A stretch of DNA of 64,000 nt from Thermoproteota archaeon (GTDB lineage: Archaea; Korarchaeota; Korarchaeia; B14-G2). The stretch lies in NCBI GenBank assembly GCA_037917675.1, contig JAVCBW010000034.1, positions 70,788 through 134,787 on the forward strand, written 5' to 3'. How positions within the stretch are numbered: position 1 is the first letter of the stretch; the number at the start of each line of letters is the position of its first letter. The notes under the pieces are model-generated. The model worked only from the letters and a program-made list of their open reading frames with translations. It had not been told where the DNA came from and ran no database searches. Positions 1-9,629 of the stretch are shown one piece after another. The position numbers and the translations under genes are program-made.

Positions 1-2064
1 GACATCGGTGGAACCTTCACAGACTTAGTTGCGCTGAGTGATGATGGTGAGCTTATCAACATAAAGGTACCGAGCACACCGCTAGCTCCAGAGAAGGGTG
101 TTGTAGAAGCCTTAGTTGAGCTTCTAGCTGAGGTCAGTCCAGATGAGATAGATGTCGTTGTCCACGCGACCACCATAGCTACGAACGCTCTCCTAGGGCA
201 GAAGGGGCTGAGCCTCCCGAAGACAGCTCTAATAACTACAAGGGGCTTCAGAGACATCATTGAAATAGGGAGGCAGAGGAGACCTAGACTCTACGACATC
301 TTTTTCACGAAGCCTAGGCCTCTAGTCGAGAGGAGATATAGGTATGAGGTGACAGAGAGGATAGGGCCGAGAGGAGAGGTCATAAAACCCCTGAGCACTA
401 GCGAAGTTGAAGATGCGGTTAAGGACATGCTTAAAGAGGGTGTTGAGGCTGCTGCAATAGGATTCCTGAACTCCTATGTGAACCCAGCTCACGAGCTTGA
501 GGCTAAGAGGGTATTGCAGGAGATGGCTCCAAGCCTACATGTGACAGCTAGCTGCGAGATTTCACCAGAATACAGGGAATATGAGAGGATCAGCACTGCT
601 GTCGTGAACTCGGTCCTTAAGCCCATAGTGTCTCTCTACGTTAAGAGACTTGAGAGCGAGCTCAGATCTCTCGGGGTCATGGCTCCACTCTACGTAATGC
701 AGAGCAATGGAGGAATGGCTTCTACAGGCGTCGTGTCAGAGGCTCCAGTGACAGTAGTAGAGTCAGGGCCTGCTGCTGGGGTGATAGCTGCAGCATTCTA
801 TAGCAGAGCTCTAGGGGTGAGCAACGTCATAAGCTTCGACATGGGTGGGACGACAGCTAAGGCAGGCTCAATATTCAGAGGGACACCAGAGCAGGTGGCA
901 GAGTATGAGGTCGCTGGAGAGATTCATAAAGGTAGAGTAGTGAAGGGAAGCGGCTATCCAGTCAGGTTTCCATTCATAGATCTAGTTGAATGCAGTGCTG
1001 GAGGAGGAACTATAGCATGGGTCGACAAGGGAGGAGCGCTGAGGGTAGGCCCAGTGAGTGCTGGAGCAGACCCTGGGCCAGCATGCTATGGGCAGGGTGG
1101 AGAGGACCCTACGATAACGGATGCAAACCTGTTGCTAGGTAGGCTTAACCCCAGGTACCTGCTAGGAGGTAGGAAGAGGATATACAGAGAGCTAGCTGAG
1201 AAGGCCTTCAGAGAGAAGATATGTGAGCTGCTTGGAGCAGACTTGACTGAGGCTGCCATTGCAGTCATCGAGCTAGCGAACACAGAGATGTCAAAGATCC
1301 TCAGGATAGTCTCAGTTGAGAGGGGATATGACCCAAGAGACTTCTCTATGATAGCATTTGGAGGAGCAGGCCCAATGCACGCCTGCGCTCTAGCTGAGGA
1401 GCTCGATGTTAAGGAGGTGGTAATCCCTCCCAACCCAGGGCTCTTCTCAGCTCTAGGCCTCCTAGCAGCAGACTTCCAGCATGACTTCACTAAAGCTGTG
1501 ATGTCTAGGGCAAGTGAGCTGGAGCCAGCTAGCGTAGAGGAGGTTTTCAGGGAGCTAGAGGAGAGAGGCTCCAGGATCCTAGAGGAGGAGGGGGTCAGCC
1601 AGAGCCAGATGTCTTTCATCAGGAAGCTAGACCTCAGATATATCGGGCAGGCATATGAGCTCACTGTGCCGGCTTCAAGTCCCTTCGACAAGAGAGCTCT
1701 AGAGCAGGTGATAGAGGCATTCCACAGGAGGCACGAGGAAGTCTATGGGTATGCTGCGAGAGAGGAGGAAGTATATGTAGTCAATGCTAGGGTTACCGCA
1801 GTAGGCATCGTGAGAAAGCCTAAGCTGAAGAGGTATGTAGCTGGAGGAAGCCAGCCGCCAGCTCAAGCTGTGATCGAGGAGAGAGAAGCCTACTTCAGTA
1901 GAGGCTATGAGAGATGCAAGGTCTATCAGAGAGAGAAGCTGAAGCCTGGGAACACGATTGAGGGACCTGCTGTGATAGAGCAGTATGACTCAACTACAGT
2001 AGTGCACCCTAGCTTCCAGGCTACAGTAGACGAGTTCAGTAATCTCGTCTTAAGGAGGTGCTGA
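1..2064 (+). CDS. hyuA: Hydantoinase/5-oxoprolinase subunit A (5' end lies just outside the window)
   Basis: Base 1 reads DIGGTFTD in the same frame as ORF 349..2064, so the gene runs off the left edge. Also has ESGPAAG, DMGGTT, SAGADPGPACY and AFGGAGPMHA motifs. Confidence 0.92.
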   Translation, partial: DIGGTFTDLVALSDDGELINIKVPSTPLAPEKGVVEALVELLAEVSPDEIDVVVHATTIATNALLGQKGLSLPKTALITTRGFRDIIEIGRQRRPRLYDIFFTKPRPLVERRYRYEVTERIGPRGEVIKPLSTSEVEDAVKDMLKEGVEAAAIGFLNSYVNPAHELEAKRVLQEMAPSLHVTASCEISPEYREYERISTAVVNSVLKPIVSLYVKRLESELRSLGVMAPLYVMQSNGGMASTGVVSEAPVTVVESGPAAGVIAAAFYSRALGVSNVISFDMGGTTAKAGSIFRGTPEQVAEYEVAGEIHKGRVVKGSGYPVRFPFIDLVECSAGGGTIAWVDKGGALRVGPVSAGADPGPACYGQGGEDPTITDANLLLGRLNPRYLLGGRKRIYRELAEKAFREKICELLGADLTEAAIAVIELANTEMSKILRIVSVERGYDPRDFSMIAFGGAGPMHACALAEELDVKEVVIPPNPGLFSALGLLAADFQHDFTKAVMSRASELEPASVEEVFRELEERGSRILEEEGVSQSQMSFIRKLDLRYIGQAYELTVPASSPFDKRALEQVIEAFHRRHEEVYGYAAREEEVYVVNARVTAVGIVRKPKLKRYVAGGSQPPAQAVIEEREAYFSRGYERCKVYQREKLKPGNTIEGPAVIEQYDSTTVVHPSFQATVDEFSNLVLRRC

Positions 2065-3776
2065 ACATGGTCGTCGATTTAGTCACTATAGGTGTGGTCA
2101 AGGGGAAGCTGACGTATGCAGCTGAAGAAATGGGGATAGCACTCAGGAAGTCAGCTTACTCACCGAACATAAAGGAGAGAATGGACCACTCATGCGCGAT
2201 ATTCGACGCCGAGAAGAGGCTTGTAGCTCAGGCAGAGCACATCCCCGTCCACCTAGGCTCCATGATCCTAGCAGTCCAGCAGGGCTTAGCAAGCTACCGT
2301 GGTGAGCTGGAGGAGGGAGACATGCTCCTCTTCAATGACCCCTACATAAGTGGTACTCACCTACCTGATATGACGCTGATTGCTCCAGTCTACTATAGAG
2401 GAGAGGTCATAGCTTATGTTGCGAATAAAGCTCACCACTCAGATGTAGGGGGGAAGGCTCCTGGAAGCATGCCAGGCGACTCAGCTGAGCTGTTCGAAGA
2501 AGGCATCATAATACCTCCAGTGAAGCTCGTTAAAGGAGGTAGGATAGACAGGGAGATAGCTGAGATCATCTTGAGCAACGTCAGGACACCAAGAGAGAGG
2601 ATGGGTGACCTGAGGGCTCAAGTTGCAGCAAACTTCCTCGGCATCAGGAGGATCATAGAGCTAGCTGAGAAGTATGGAGTAGAGAAGCTTGAGGCAGCTA
2701 TTGAGGAGATCTTGGCTCACTCAGAGCGCATGATGCGCCACGAGATAGAGAAGATACCTGATGGCGTATATAAGGCTGAAGACTACCTTGAGGACACAGG
2801 TACATCAGATGAACCTGTCAAGATAGCTGTAGAGGTCACAGTGAGAGGAGACTCCATCAGGTTCGACTACACTGGCACTTCACTACAGGTCGATGCCCCA
2901 GTCAATGCTCCCCTTGGAGTGACTCTAGCAGGAGTCTTCTATGTTATGATCTGCATCACAGACCCTAGCATACCAGTCAATGATGGCTGCTATAGGCCTA
3001 TTGAAGTCCATGTCCCAGAGGGCACACTGCTGAACCCGAGGAGGCCTGCTGCAGTCTGCGGTGGAAACGTAGAGACATCTCAGAGGAATGTAGACACTCT
3101 CTTCAAGGCTCTAGCCCAGGCAGTTCCAGATAGGGTGTGTGCTGCAGGCTCAGGCACCATGAACAACATAAGCGTAGGGGGGGTTGACCCAAGGTCAGGT
3201 GAGCTCTGGGCTTTCTATGAGACCATAGGTGGAGGCTATGGGGCCAGACCTGGGCTAGATGGAGTCGACGGCGTACATGTCCACATGACCAACACAATGA
3301 ACACGCCGATAGAGGCTATAGAAGCCCAGTTTCCAATATTATTCCTCAGCTACAAGCTCAGAGAGGACAGTGGTGGCCCAGGGAAGTGGAGAGGTGGCTG
3401 CGGGATAGAGAGGAGCTGGAAGCTCCTAGCTCCATCAGCAACCCTCTCCATTCTAGCTGAGAGAAACAAGATGAGGCCATGGGGGCTCATGGGAGGCTTG
3501 GAGGGTGCTGCTGGAGAGCACCTCATAATAAGGGGAGGCACGGCTATGAGGCTGAAGTCTAAGTGCACGGTGAGGCTCCAGAAGGGAGATGTTCTTGTAG
3601 TGAGGACCCCAGGTGGAGGAGGCTATGGGAACCCACTTGAGAGGAGCATAGAGCTTGTCCTCAAGGATGTGAGGGATGGCCTAGTTTCACCTGAGGCAGC
3701 CCACAGGTACTACGGGGTTACAGTAGATCCTGAAACATGCCATGTCTACAGGCTACACAAGCTTCAGGGCCTTTGA
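2058..3776 (+). CDS. hyuB: Hydantoinase B/5-oxoprolinase subunit B
   Basis: SPNIKERMDHSCAIFD, HIPVHLG, NDPY..GTHLPD, HHSDVGG, TPGGGGYG motifs. Overlaps hyuA; GGAGGTG SD precedes ATG 2067. Confidence 0.92.
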   Translation: MLNMVVDLVTIGVVKGKLTYAAEEMGIALRKSAYSPNIKERMDHSCAIFDAEKRLVAQAEHIPVHLGSMILAVQQGLASYRGELEEGDMLLFNDPYISGTHLPDMTLIAPVYYRGEVIAYVANKAHHSDVGGKAPGSMPGDSAELFEEGIIIPPVKLVKGGRIDREIAEIILSNVRTPRERMGDLRAQVAANFLGIRRIIELAEKYGVEKLEAAIEEILAHSERMMRHEIEKIPDGVYKAEDYLEDTGTSDEPVKIAVEVTVRGDSIRFDYTGTSLQVDAPVNAPLGVTLAGVFYVMICITDPSIPVNDGCYRPIEVHVPEGTLLNPRRPAAVCGGNVETSQRNVDTLFKALAQAVPDRVCAAGSGTMNNISVGGVDPRSGELWAFYETIGGGYGARPGLDGVDGVHVHMTNTMNTPIEAIEAQFPILFLSYKLREDSGGPGKWRGGCGIERSWKLLAPSATLSILAERNKMRPWGLMGGLEGAAGEHLIIRGGTAMRLKSKCTVRLQKGDVLVVRTPGGGGYGNPLERSIELVLKDVRDGLVSPEAAHRYYGVTVDPETCHVYRLHKLQGL

Positions 3777-3959
3777 AGCCTTGAGAAGCATTGAGCTAGA
3801 CTCGGAAGCCTGTTGTGGAAAGCACCTGGCCTCTGTGGCTACGCTAACGCCTTAAGAGTTAGGCTACATCAGTCTCAGCTGCTATAGCAGCTCAACACCC
3901 TCAGCTGCATGCTCTCTGCTGCCAGCAACCTTTAAAGGAAAACCTGACGCTGAGCTCCC

Positions 3960-4592
3960 ATGTTACCGAGGATAGGCCTGCTTAGAGCTATAGTCGAGGG
4001 TGTGCTACAACTCATATCTGATGGAGGATATGTCGCTATCGGCTTCCTGATGGCTCTTGAAAGCGCGCTGATGCCTGTCCCCAGTGAGGTTGTAATGCCA
4101 TTCGCAGGCTACCTTGCCTATCTAGGTGTGCTCAGCCTCACTACCGCCACGATAGCTGGCTCCATCGGGAACCTGATAGGCTCTCTACTAGCCTACTATG
4201 CTGGGCTCTATGGGGGGAGGAGGTTTGTGGAGAAATATGGCCGCTACCTGATGCTGAGCAGGAGGCATCTAAGGCTTGCTGAAGAGTTTTTCTCTAGATA
4301 TGGGAGTGCTGCTGTGCTTATCTCACGTATGCTGCCAGTCATAAGGACTGTGATAGCCTTCCCAGCTGGTGTAGGGAGGATGAACCTAGCTAGGTTCTCA
4401 CTCTCCACTCTAGTTGGCTCTCTGCCATGGTGCTATGCGCTAGCCTACTCTGGCTACAGGCTAGGGCCCTACTGGAGCAAGGCTATGGAGCTCACTGAGA
4501 GCCTTGAGCTCGTCATCCTCCTAGCAGCTCCACCTGCCCTATACCTCATCTATAGGACACTGAAAGCTGGCAGTATGGAGGAGGATACTTAG
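3960..4592 (+). CDS. DedA family membrane protein
   Basis: LESALMPVPSEVVMPFAG and SRMLPVIRT motifs; TTTAAA at 3931. Confidence 0.9.
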   Translation: MLPRIGLLRAIVEGVLQLISDGGYVAIGFLMALESALMPVPSEVVMPFAGYLAYLGVLSLTTATIAGSIGNLIGSLLAYYAGLYGGRRFVEKYGRYLMLSRRHLRLAEEFFSRYGSAAVLISRMLPVIRTVIAFPAGVGRMNLARFSLSTLVGSLPWCYALAYSGYRLGPYWSKAMELTESLELVILLAAPPALYLIYRTLKAGSMEEDT

Positions 4593-4900
4593 GCTTAGGC
4601 GCTGCTAGTATAGTCTCCGCTTCAGGTTGAGCTGTGTCCAAGCATGATCTCACTGCTTAGCCTCTAGGTTAATCAGAGCTTTCTCTACAGCATATGTAGC
4701 TTTCTCCGCTGTCTGCCTACGCAGCCTGAAGTCTCCTAGCACAGCTCCTGGCCTCGTCTCCTCTAGGCTCCAGGTCTCTAAGTAGCTTAAGGCTGGAAGC
4801 TCTGTTGTAGGCTTGGCAGTGGAGGAAGTAGGGCTCTCCTCTCTTGACTACAGCTGACTTTAGCTCCATGATCCTTCTAGGAGGATGGAAGCTGGCTCCT

Positions 4901-5452
4901 CTAGGGGAGGCCGAGAGCAGCAAGCAAGCCTACTGAAATGAAGAGGGCTGAGGAGGCTAGCCTCAGAGGCCTCTCAGGGATCCTCTCACCGATCTTGTCT
5001 CCTATGGCTGCTGTGGCAGCTGCAGCAGTAGAGAGGGCTAGGAGAGATCCAGTGAACACAGCTAGCGGAGACCCTGTAGCTGCTGCAAACGCCATGCTAG
5101 ACAGCTGAGTTTTGTCTCCTAGCTCAGCTAGGAAGACTGATGTGAACACTGTAGCTATGGTGCCGGCTTCTCTCTTCTTCTCAGCTCTACTCCTCAAGCT
5201 GAGCACTCCAGCTGCAGTGAACATGGCTCCAGCTGCAGCTCTCACAGCTCTCTCTGGGAGCATGCATCCAGTATAGTAGCCTAGAGCTATGCTTACAGCC
5301 TGGACTAAAGCGAAGGCTGGTATGGCTCCAGCTATCGTCCTAGCTGCCCCAGCTCTCAAGCTGAAGGCCAAGACAGCTAGCTGGGTCTTGTCAGCTAGCT
5401 CAGCTACCAAGACTGCCGTGAAAACAGCTAGGAGAAGCTTCCAAGCTAGCAC
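4901..5452 (-). CDS. TMEM165/GDT1 (UPF0016) Ca2+/Mn2+ transporter
   Basis: Two copies of the E-x-G-D-K-T-Q-type signature (AELADKTQL, AELGDKTQL); hydrophobic. Confidence 0.88.
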   Translation of the reverse strand: MLAWKLLLAVFTAVLVAELADKTQLAVLAFSLRAGAARTIAGAIPAFALVQAVSIALGYYTGCMLPERAVRAAAGAMFTAAGVLSLRSRAEKKREAGTIATVFTSVFLAELGDKTQLSSMAFAAATGSPLAVFTGSLLALSTAAAATAAIGDKIGERIPERPLRLASSALFISVGLLAALGLP

Positions 5453-5588
5453 ATGCAGCTAGGGTCAGCCTGGTATATAAGCTAGCCTACAGCTACTATG
5501 AGCTCAATAGCCATAAGCTCGTAGATGAATGCTCACATAGCTCAGATACGCTTAAATATGGCATGTGAGCTCAGTCAGGTGGGTAGCC

Positions 5589-6566
5589 ATGGGGCTATGG
5601 AAACTGAGGCTATCCATGTTAGGTACTCTAGCCTTGATCATAGGGATATCAACCTTGCTGTTCACAGTAGTGCTGAGCTACATAGGTACCTTAAGCCTCT
5701 TCTCACTGGCCACATTCGTGGTAGGCTTCAACCTACTCCAGTGGCTTATCGCACCATACATCATAGACATGATGTATGGTGTGAGAGAGGCTCCTAGGGA
5801 AAGCTACCCCCAGCTCTATAGGATGGTAGAGGAGATATCCTCTAGGGCAGGTGTCAGGACGCCTAGGGTGATGATAGCTAGACTACCTGTCCCAAATGCC
5901 TTCGCCTATGGGTCGCCGATAGCTGGGACGAGGGTAGCTGTCACAGAGGCTCTACTGAGCACCCTCGAGGAAGAGGAGGTAGAAGCTGTGATAGGGCATG
6001 AGCTAGGGCACATAAAGCACAGAGACATGCAGGTGATGATGTTTGCATCAGTTCTGCCAGCAATCTTCTACTACATAGGCTACAGCCTCATGCTCTCATC
6101 ATGGTATAGAGGTGGGAGAGAAGAGGAGCAGGGGCCTTCAGCTGCTCTGCTAGGCTTCCTCTTCATGGCAGTCTACTGGGTCCTGACCATGCTAGTCTTA
6201 CACCTCAGTAGGCTCAGAGAATACTATGCTGACAGGTTCAGTGCTGAGAACGTCTATGATGGGGCAAGGAAGCTGATGGAGGCGCTAGCCAAGATAGTGG
6301 CCTTCACAGGCAGGCTTAGATCCAATCTGGCTTCAGAGGGAGCTAGAGTAGGGAGCTTTAAAGCCCTGTTCATAAGCGACCCAGATACAGCAGACAGAGA
6401 TCTCACCTACCTGAGAGGCTATATGAGAGACCAGGAGCTGGTCAAGCAGATCATGTCTAGAGGGATAACTACAGCAGAGAGAATAGCTGAGCTATTCTCA
6501 ACACACCCGAACATAGTGAAGAGGCTGAGAGCTCTACAGGAGATAGCTGGGATAGCATACGTGTAG
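5589..6566 (+). CDS. htpX: HtpX zinc metalloprotease (M48)
   Basis: PNAFAYG, HELGH (HExxH), SRLREYYAD, LFSTHP. ATG 5589 follows a GGTGG SD. Confidence 0.92.
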   Translation: MGLWKLRLSMLGTLALIIGISTLLFTVVLSYIGTLSLFSLATFVVGFNLLQWLIAPYIIDMMYGVREAPRESYPQLYRMVEEISSRAGVRTPRVMIARLPVPNAFAYGSPIAGTRVAVTEALLSTLEEEEVEAVIGHELGHIKHRDMQVMMFASVLPAIFYYIGYSLMLSSWYRGGREEEQGPSAALLGFLFMAVYWVLTMLVLHLSRLREYYADRFSAENVYDGARKLMEALAKIVAFTGRLRSNLASEGARVGSFKALFISDPDTADRDLTYLRGYMRDQELVKQIMSRGITTAERIAELFSTHPNIVKRLRALQEIAGIAYV

Positions 6567-6573
6567 ACCAGCT

Positions 6574-7176
6574 ATGGGCTGGCTCACACCATTCTCACAG
6601 CCAGCTAAGCCAGTCCCCTGGAGGAGAATAAGGTCATGGGCATGTACTAGCTGCGGAGAGTGCTGTAGACACTTCCGTGTCCCACTGGCTCCACTAGAGT
6701 ATGCTAGGATCCTCAGAGTATTTGGGTCATGGCCTATTGAGATCAGGATAGGGAGAGCATATCTGAGGAAGAAGCCTGATGGCAGATGTGTGTTCCAGTA
6801 CAGGCTTGGTGGAGTGTGGCTCTGTGGTATCCAGAGCTTCAAGCCTCTGGCATGTAAGCTCTGGCCTATCAAGCCTCTTGAGAAGCCTAAGTATGGGAGA
6901 AGTCAGGAGGCAGCCTTCTACTCTAGGCATGGAGAGTTCTATGTCTACCTAGATCCAAGATGTCCTGGAGTGGAGCTAGGTGAGCCTACACCTAAGCTGG
7001 CTACAGCCATAGCTGAGGCTATAGACCTCATGTATAATCTAAGCAGACCTCAGAAGTACACTACATCACAGCTTGCTCCTCTTCAGGTAGCTGGAGTAGG
7101 AGTACATGGCCTTGAGCACCCTAGCACACTCCTCTATGCTCCAATACGTAGGTATCCTCATGGATTCCAGCCTTGA
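6574..7176 (+). CDS. YkgJ-family CxxCxxCC cysteine-cluster protein
   Basis: CTSCGECC, then CVF, C, KPLACKLWP and CPG. Confidence 0.8.
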   Translation: MGWLTPFSQPAKPVPWRRIRSWACTSCGECCRHFRVPLAPLEYARILRVFGSWPIEIRIGRAYLRKKPDGRCVFQYRLGGVWLCGIQSFKPLACKLWPIKPLEKPKYGRSQEAAFYSRHGEFYVYLDPRCPGVELGEPTPKLATAIAEAIDLMYNLSRPQKYTTSQLAPLQVAGVGVHGLEHPSTLLYAPIRRYPHGFQP

Positions 7177-8478
7177 TGCAGCTAGCTCAGCGCTCTCCTT
7201 GTCCCCGTGTACATAGGCCACCAGAGGCTTCCCAGCCTCCCTAGATGGCTCCATGAAGCCTCTCCTAAGCCTCTCCTCCTCTATCAGAGGCCTTGTCCAC
7301 CCGCCCATGCACAGCAAGATCGCTATACAGGCATCTACACCAGGGTCCTTGAGAACTTCTCTCAGAGCAGCTTCATAGCAGCTGACGCCAACAGACTCAT
7401 AGAGTGGCTCAACATCCACGAATAGGCCGACTCTAGCCCACCTAGGCATCATCTCCTCAATCCTCCTCTTGACTCCATCTGAGAGCTCAGCCACTTTGAG
7501 GCCCATGTTGGAGACAGCATCAGAGGCTAAGACTCCTCCTGCGCCAGTCATGCTCACGGCAGCTACTCTCGGCCCTCTTGGGAGAGGCTGCATGAGGAGG
7601 CCCTTAGCTATACTGAACATCTCACCCATGGAGCTTGCTCTGATGACTCCTGCCTGCAGGCTGCTGAAAACACCCTGTCATCTCCAGCTAGCGACCCCGT
7701 ATGCGTCATTGCAGCTCTAGCTCCAGCTGCAGTCCTACCTGCCTTCAAGACTATCACAGGCTTCCTAGCAGTAACCCTCTTAGCGACTTCAAGAAACTTT
7801 CTTCCATCTGAAACACTCTCTAGATAAGCTGCTATCACCTTAGTCTCATCATCTCTTCCAAGATACTCAAGAGCCTCCCACTCTGAGACATCACACTTGT
7901 TTCCAAGCCCACAGACCTTAGCTACGCCAAAGGGCTGAGTGGTGAGCATCCAGCTCAGGGTTGCACCAGCAAACAGTCCAGTCTGAGCTATGAATGAAAC
8001 TCCCCCCTTTCTGAGCCCCTCCAGTGGGACAAAGCTCGTAGTGAACATGTTTGATGTGTCGAGTATCCCAGTCGTGTTAGGGCCTATTATCCTCATCCCA
8101 GCCTTCCTAGCCACCTCGAGAAGCTCCTTCTCAAGCTCCTCCCTCCTCTCCAGTTTCCTTGAAGCCTGAGCTGACCACCACAAGCCCCTTGACCCCCTTA
8201 TCAGCACATTCCCTAGCAGCCTGAGGTACTCTGTCAGCTGGGATAGCTATGATAGCCACATCGACTTCATCTGGCACATCAAGTATACTCCTATAGGCCT
8301 TGAGCCCCTGGATATAGCCTCCCTTCACATTCACAGCATAAACCCTCCCCTTATACCCTAGTGTGAGCAGGTTTCTCAGCAGGTAGTACCCAAACTTCCC
8401 CTCCTTGCCTGATGCTCCTATCACAGCTACACTCCTAGGCTCGAAGAAGAAGCCTATCCCAGGCATCAGAGCCTCCAT
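7066..8478 (-). pseudogene. ADP-forming acetyl/acyl-CoA synthetase alpha subunit split by two frameshifts
   Basis: Three overlapping ORFs (8131..8478, 7608..8207, 7066..7629) hold consecutive parts of one protein: PRSVAVIGAS, IIGPN, GLGNKCDV, KAGRT..GARAAMTHTGSLAG, GAGGVLASD. Confidence 0.85.
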
Positions 8479-8623
8479 GGCAAAGCTATTTAAGCCATTA
8501 CACGCATCTATAGGCTTCCCACGTTAGATCCTTGAGAGCATGCTTCTGCTGGATCCTGCAGCGTAGCTGGCTTGAGGGGCTTTGAGGGCAGGATATTCTT
8601 AAATACAGCCTCTACAGGCGCTA

Positions 8624-8678
8624 GCTGGTGATGAAGACTGGGACAGCTGACAGGTGATGAGTTTGCCGATTACTGAGC
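8624..8678 (+). ncRNA. Box C/D methylation guide sRNA
   Basis: C box GTGATGA 8628-8634, 12-nt guide, D' CTGA 8647-8650, C' GTGATGA 8654-8660, 12-nt guide, D CTGA 8673-8676. Intergenic, with TTAAATA TATA at about 8599. Confidence 0.9.
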
Positions 8679-9164
8679 CTACCTCATCTTACCCTCCTCA
8701 ACTGAGCTCAGTATGATCGCAACTACATCAGATACATACCTTATCACCTTGCTTACCTGCTTCTTCACAACTCTATAGCTGAGGACACCATCATAGAAGC
8801 CATCTAGCATGAGGATCTTCTCGAGAGCAGCAAACCTCTCTGGGAGGTTGAAGGCCTCGATGATGTGGCTGTTCTCTGCTAGGCTCCAAAGCCTTTCCAT
8901 TCTCTCCTTAGAAGTCTTCGGCACTCCAAGCCCATAGGCGGCGAGCAGGGCGTCTGTTGCCTTAGATATGGAAAGCCATGCATTAGCACATGCTGCTCTG
9001 ATTGATGGGGTTCTACCTCCTATGCTTGCCTTAATGTCATTTACAGCTTGGAAGACCAGGTCCACAGCCTCATGGAGGAGGCTGTAGACGACGTTAGGAC
9101 CTTTCTCCATCTCCTCTTTAGCTCTAGCAAGCATTTCCTCAAGCTCTCCTGATGGGGCTGCCAA
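8679..9164 (-). CDS. PaREP1/HEPN-like helical protein
   Basis: ACANAWLSISKATDALL...P.T..ER...L and L.LDGFYDG pattern typical of PaREP1-type proteins. Confidence 0.55.
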   Translation of the reverse strand: MAAPSGELEEMLARAKEEMEKGPNVVYSLLHEAVDLVFQAVNDIKASIGGRTPSIRAACANAWLSISKATDALLAAYGLGVPKTSKERMERLWSLAENSHIIEAFNLPERFAALEKILMLDGFYDGVLSYRVVKKQVSKVIRYVSDVVAIILSSVEEGKMR

Positions 9165-9284
9165 CAGATCCCTGGTACCATCTAGCTCATATATCTTAAA
9201 ACCTTTAGCTAGCTACTCTAGCACCTATGTCTCTCAGCTTCTGCTTGGATAAAATTTTTAACGTGCTAGCATCTAGGGGATGCC

Positions 9285-9629
9285 TTGCCTGCTAAGGTAG
9301 CTCACTTCACTCAGGTTGAGGAGCAGGTCTTTGAGGAACCTTCTGCTAGAGGCCTGAAGGTCAGGTGGCTGATTACGAGAGAGGATGGGGCAGAGAACTT
9401 TGCCATGAGGCTCTTCGAGCTAGAGCCACAGGGTTACTCTCCACATCACACACACGACTGGGAGCATGAGGTATACGTGCTAGAAGGTAGGGGTGTCATC
9501 AAGATAGGTGATGTAGAGCATGAGGTTGAGCCAGGATACTTCGCCTTCATACCGCCAAACGAGCCACATAGCATAATCAACAGAGGAGATAAGCCTCTAA
9601 GGTTCCTCTGCCTCATACCATATAAGTAG
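9285..9629 (+). CDS. Cupin domain protein
   Basis: HTHDWEHEVYVLEG and IPPNEPH metal-binding cupin motifs. Confidence 0.9.
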   Translation: MPAKVAHFTQVEEQVFEEPSARGLKVRWLITREDGAENFAMRLFELEPQGYSPHHTHDWEHEVYVLEGRGVIKIGDVEHEVEPGYFAFIPPNEPHSIINRGDKPLRFLCLIPYK

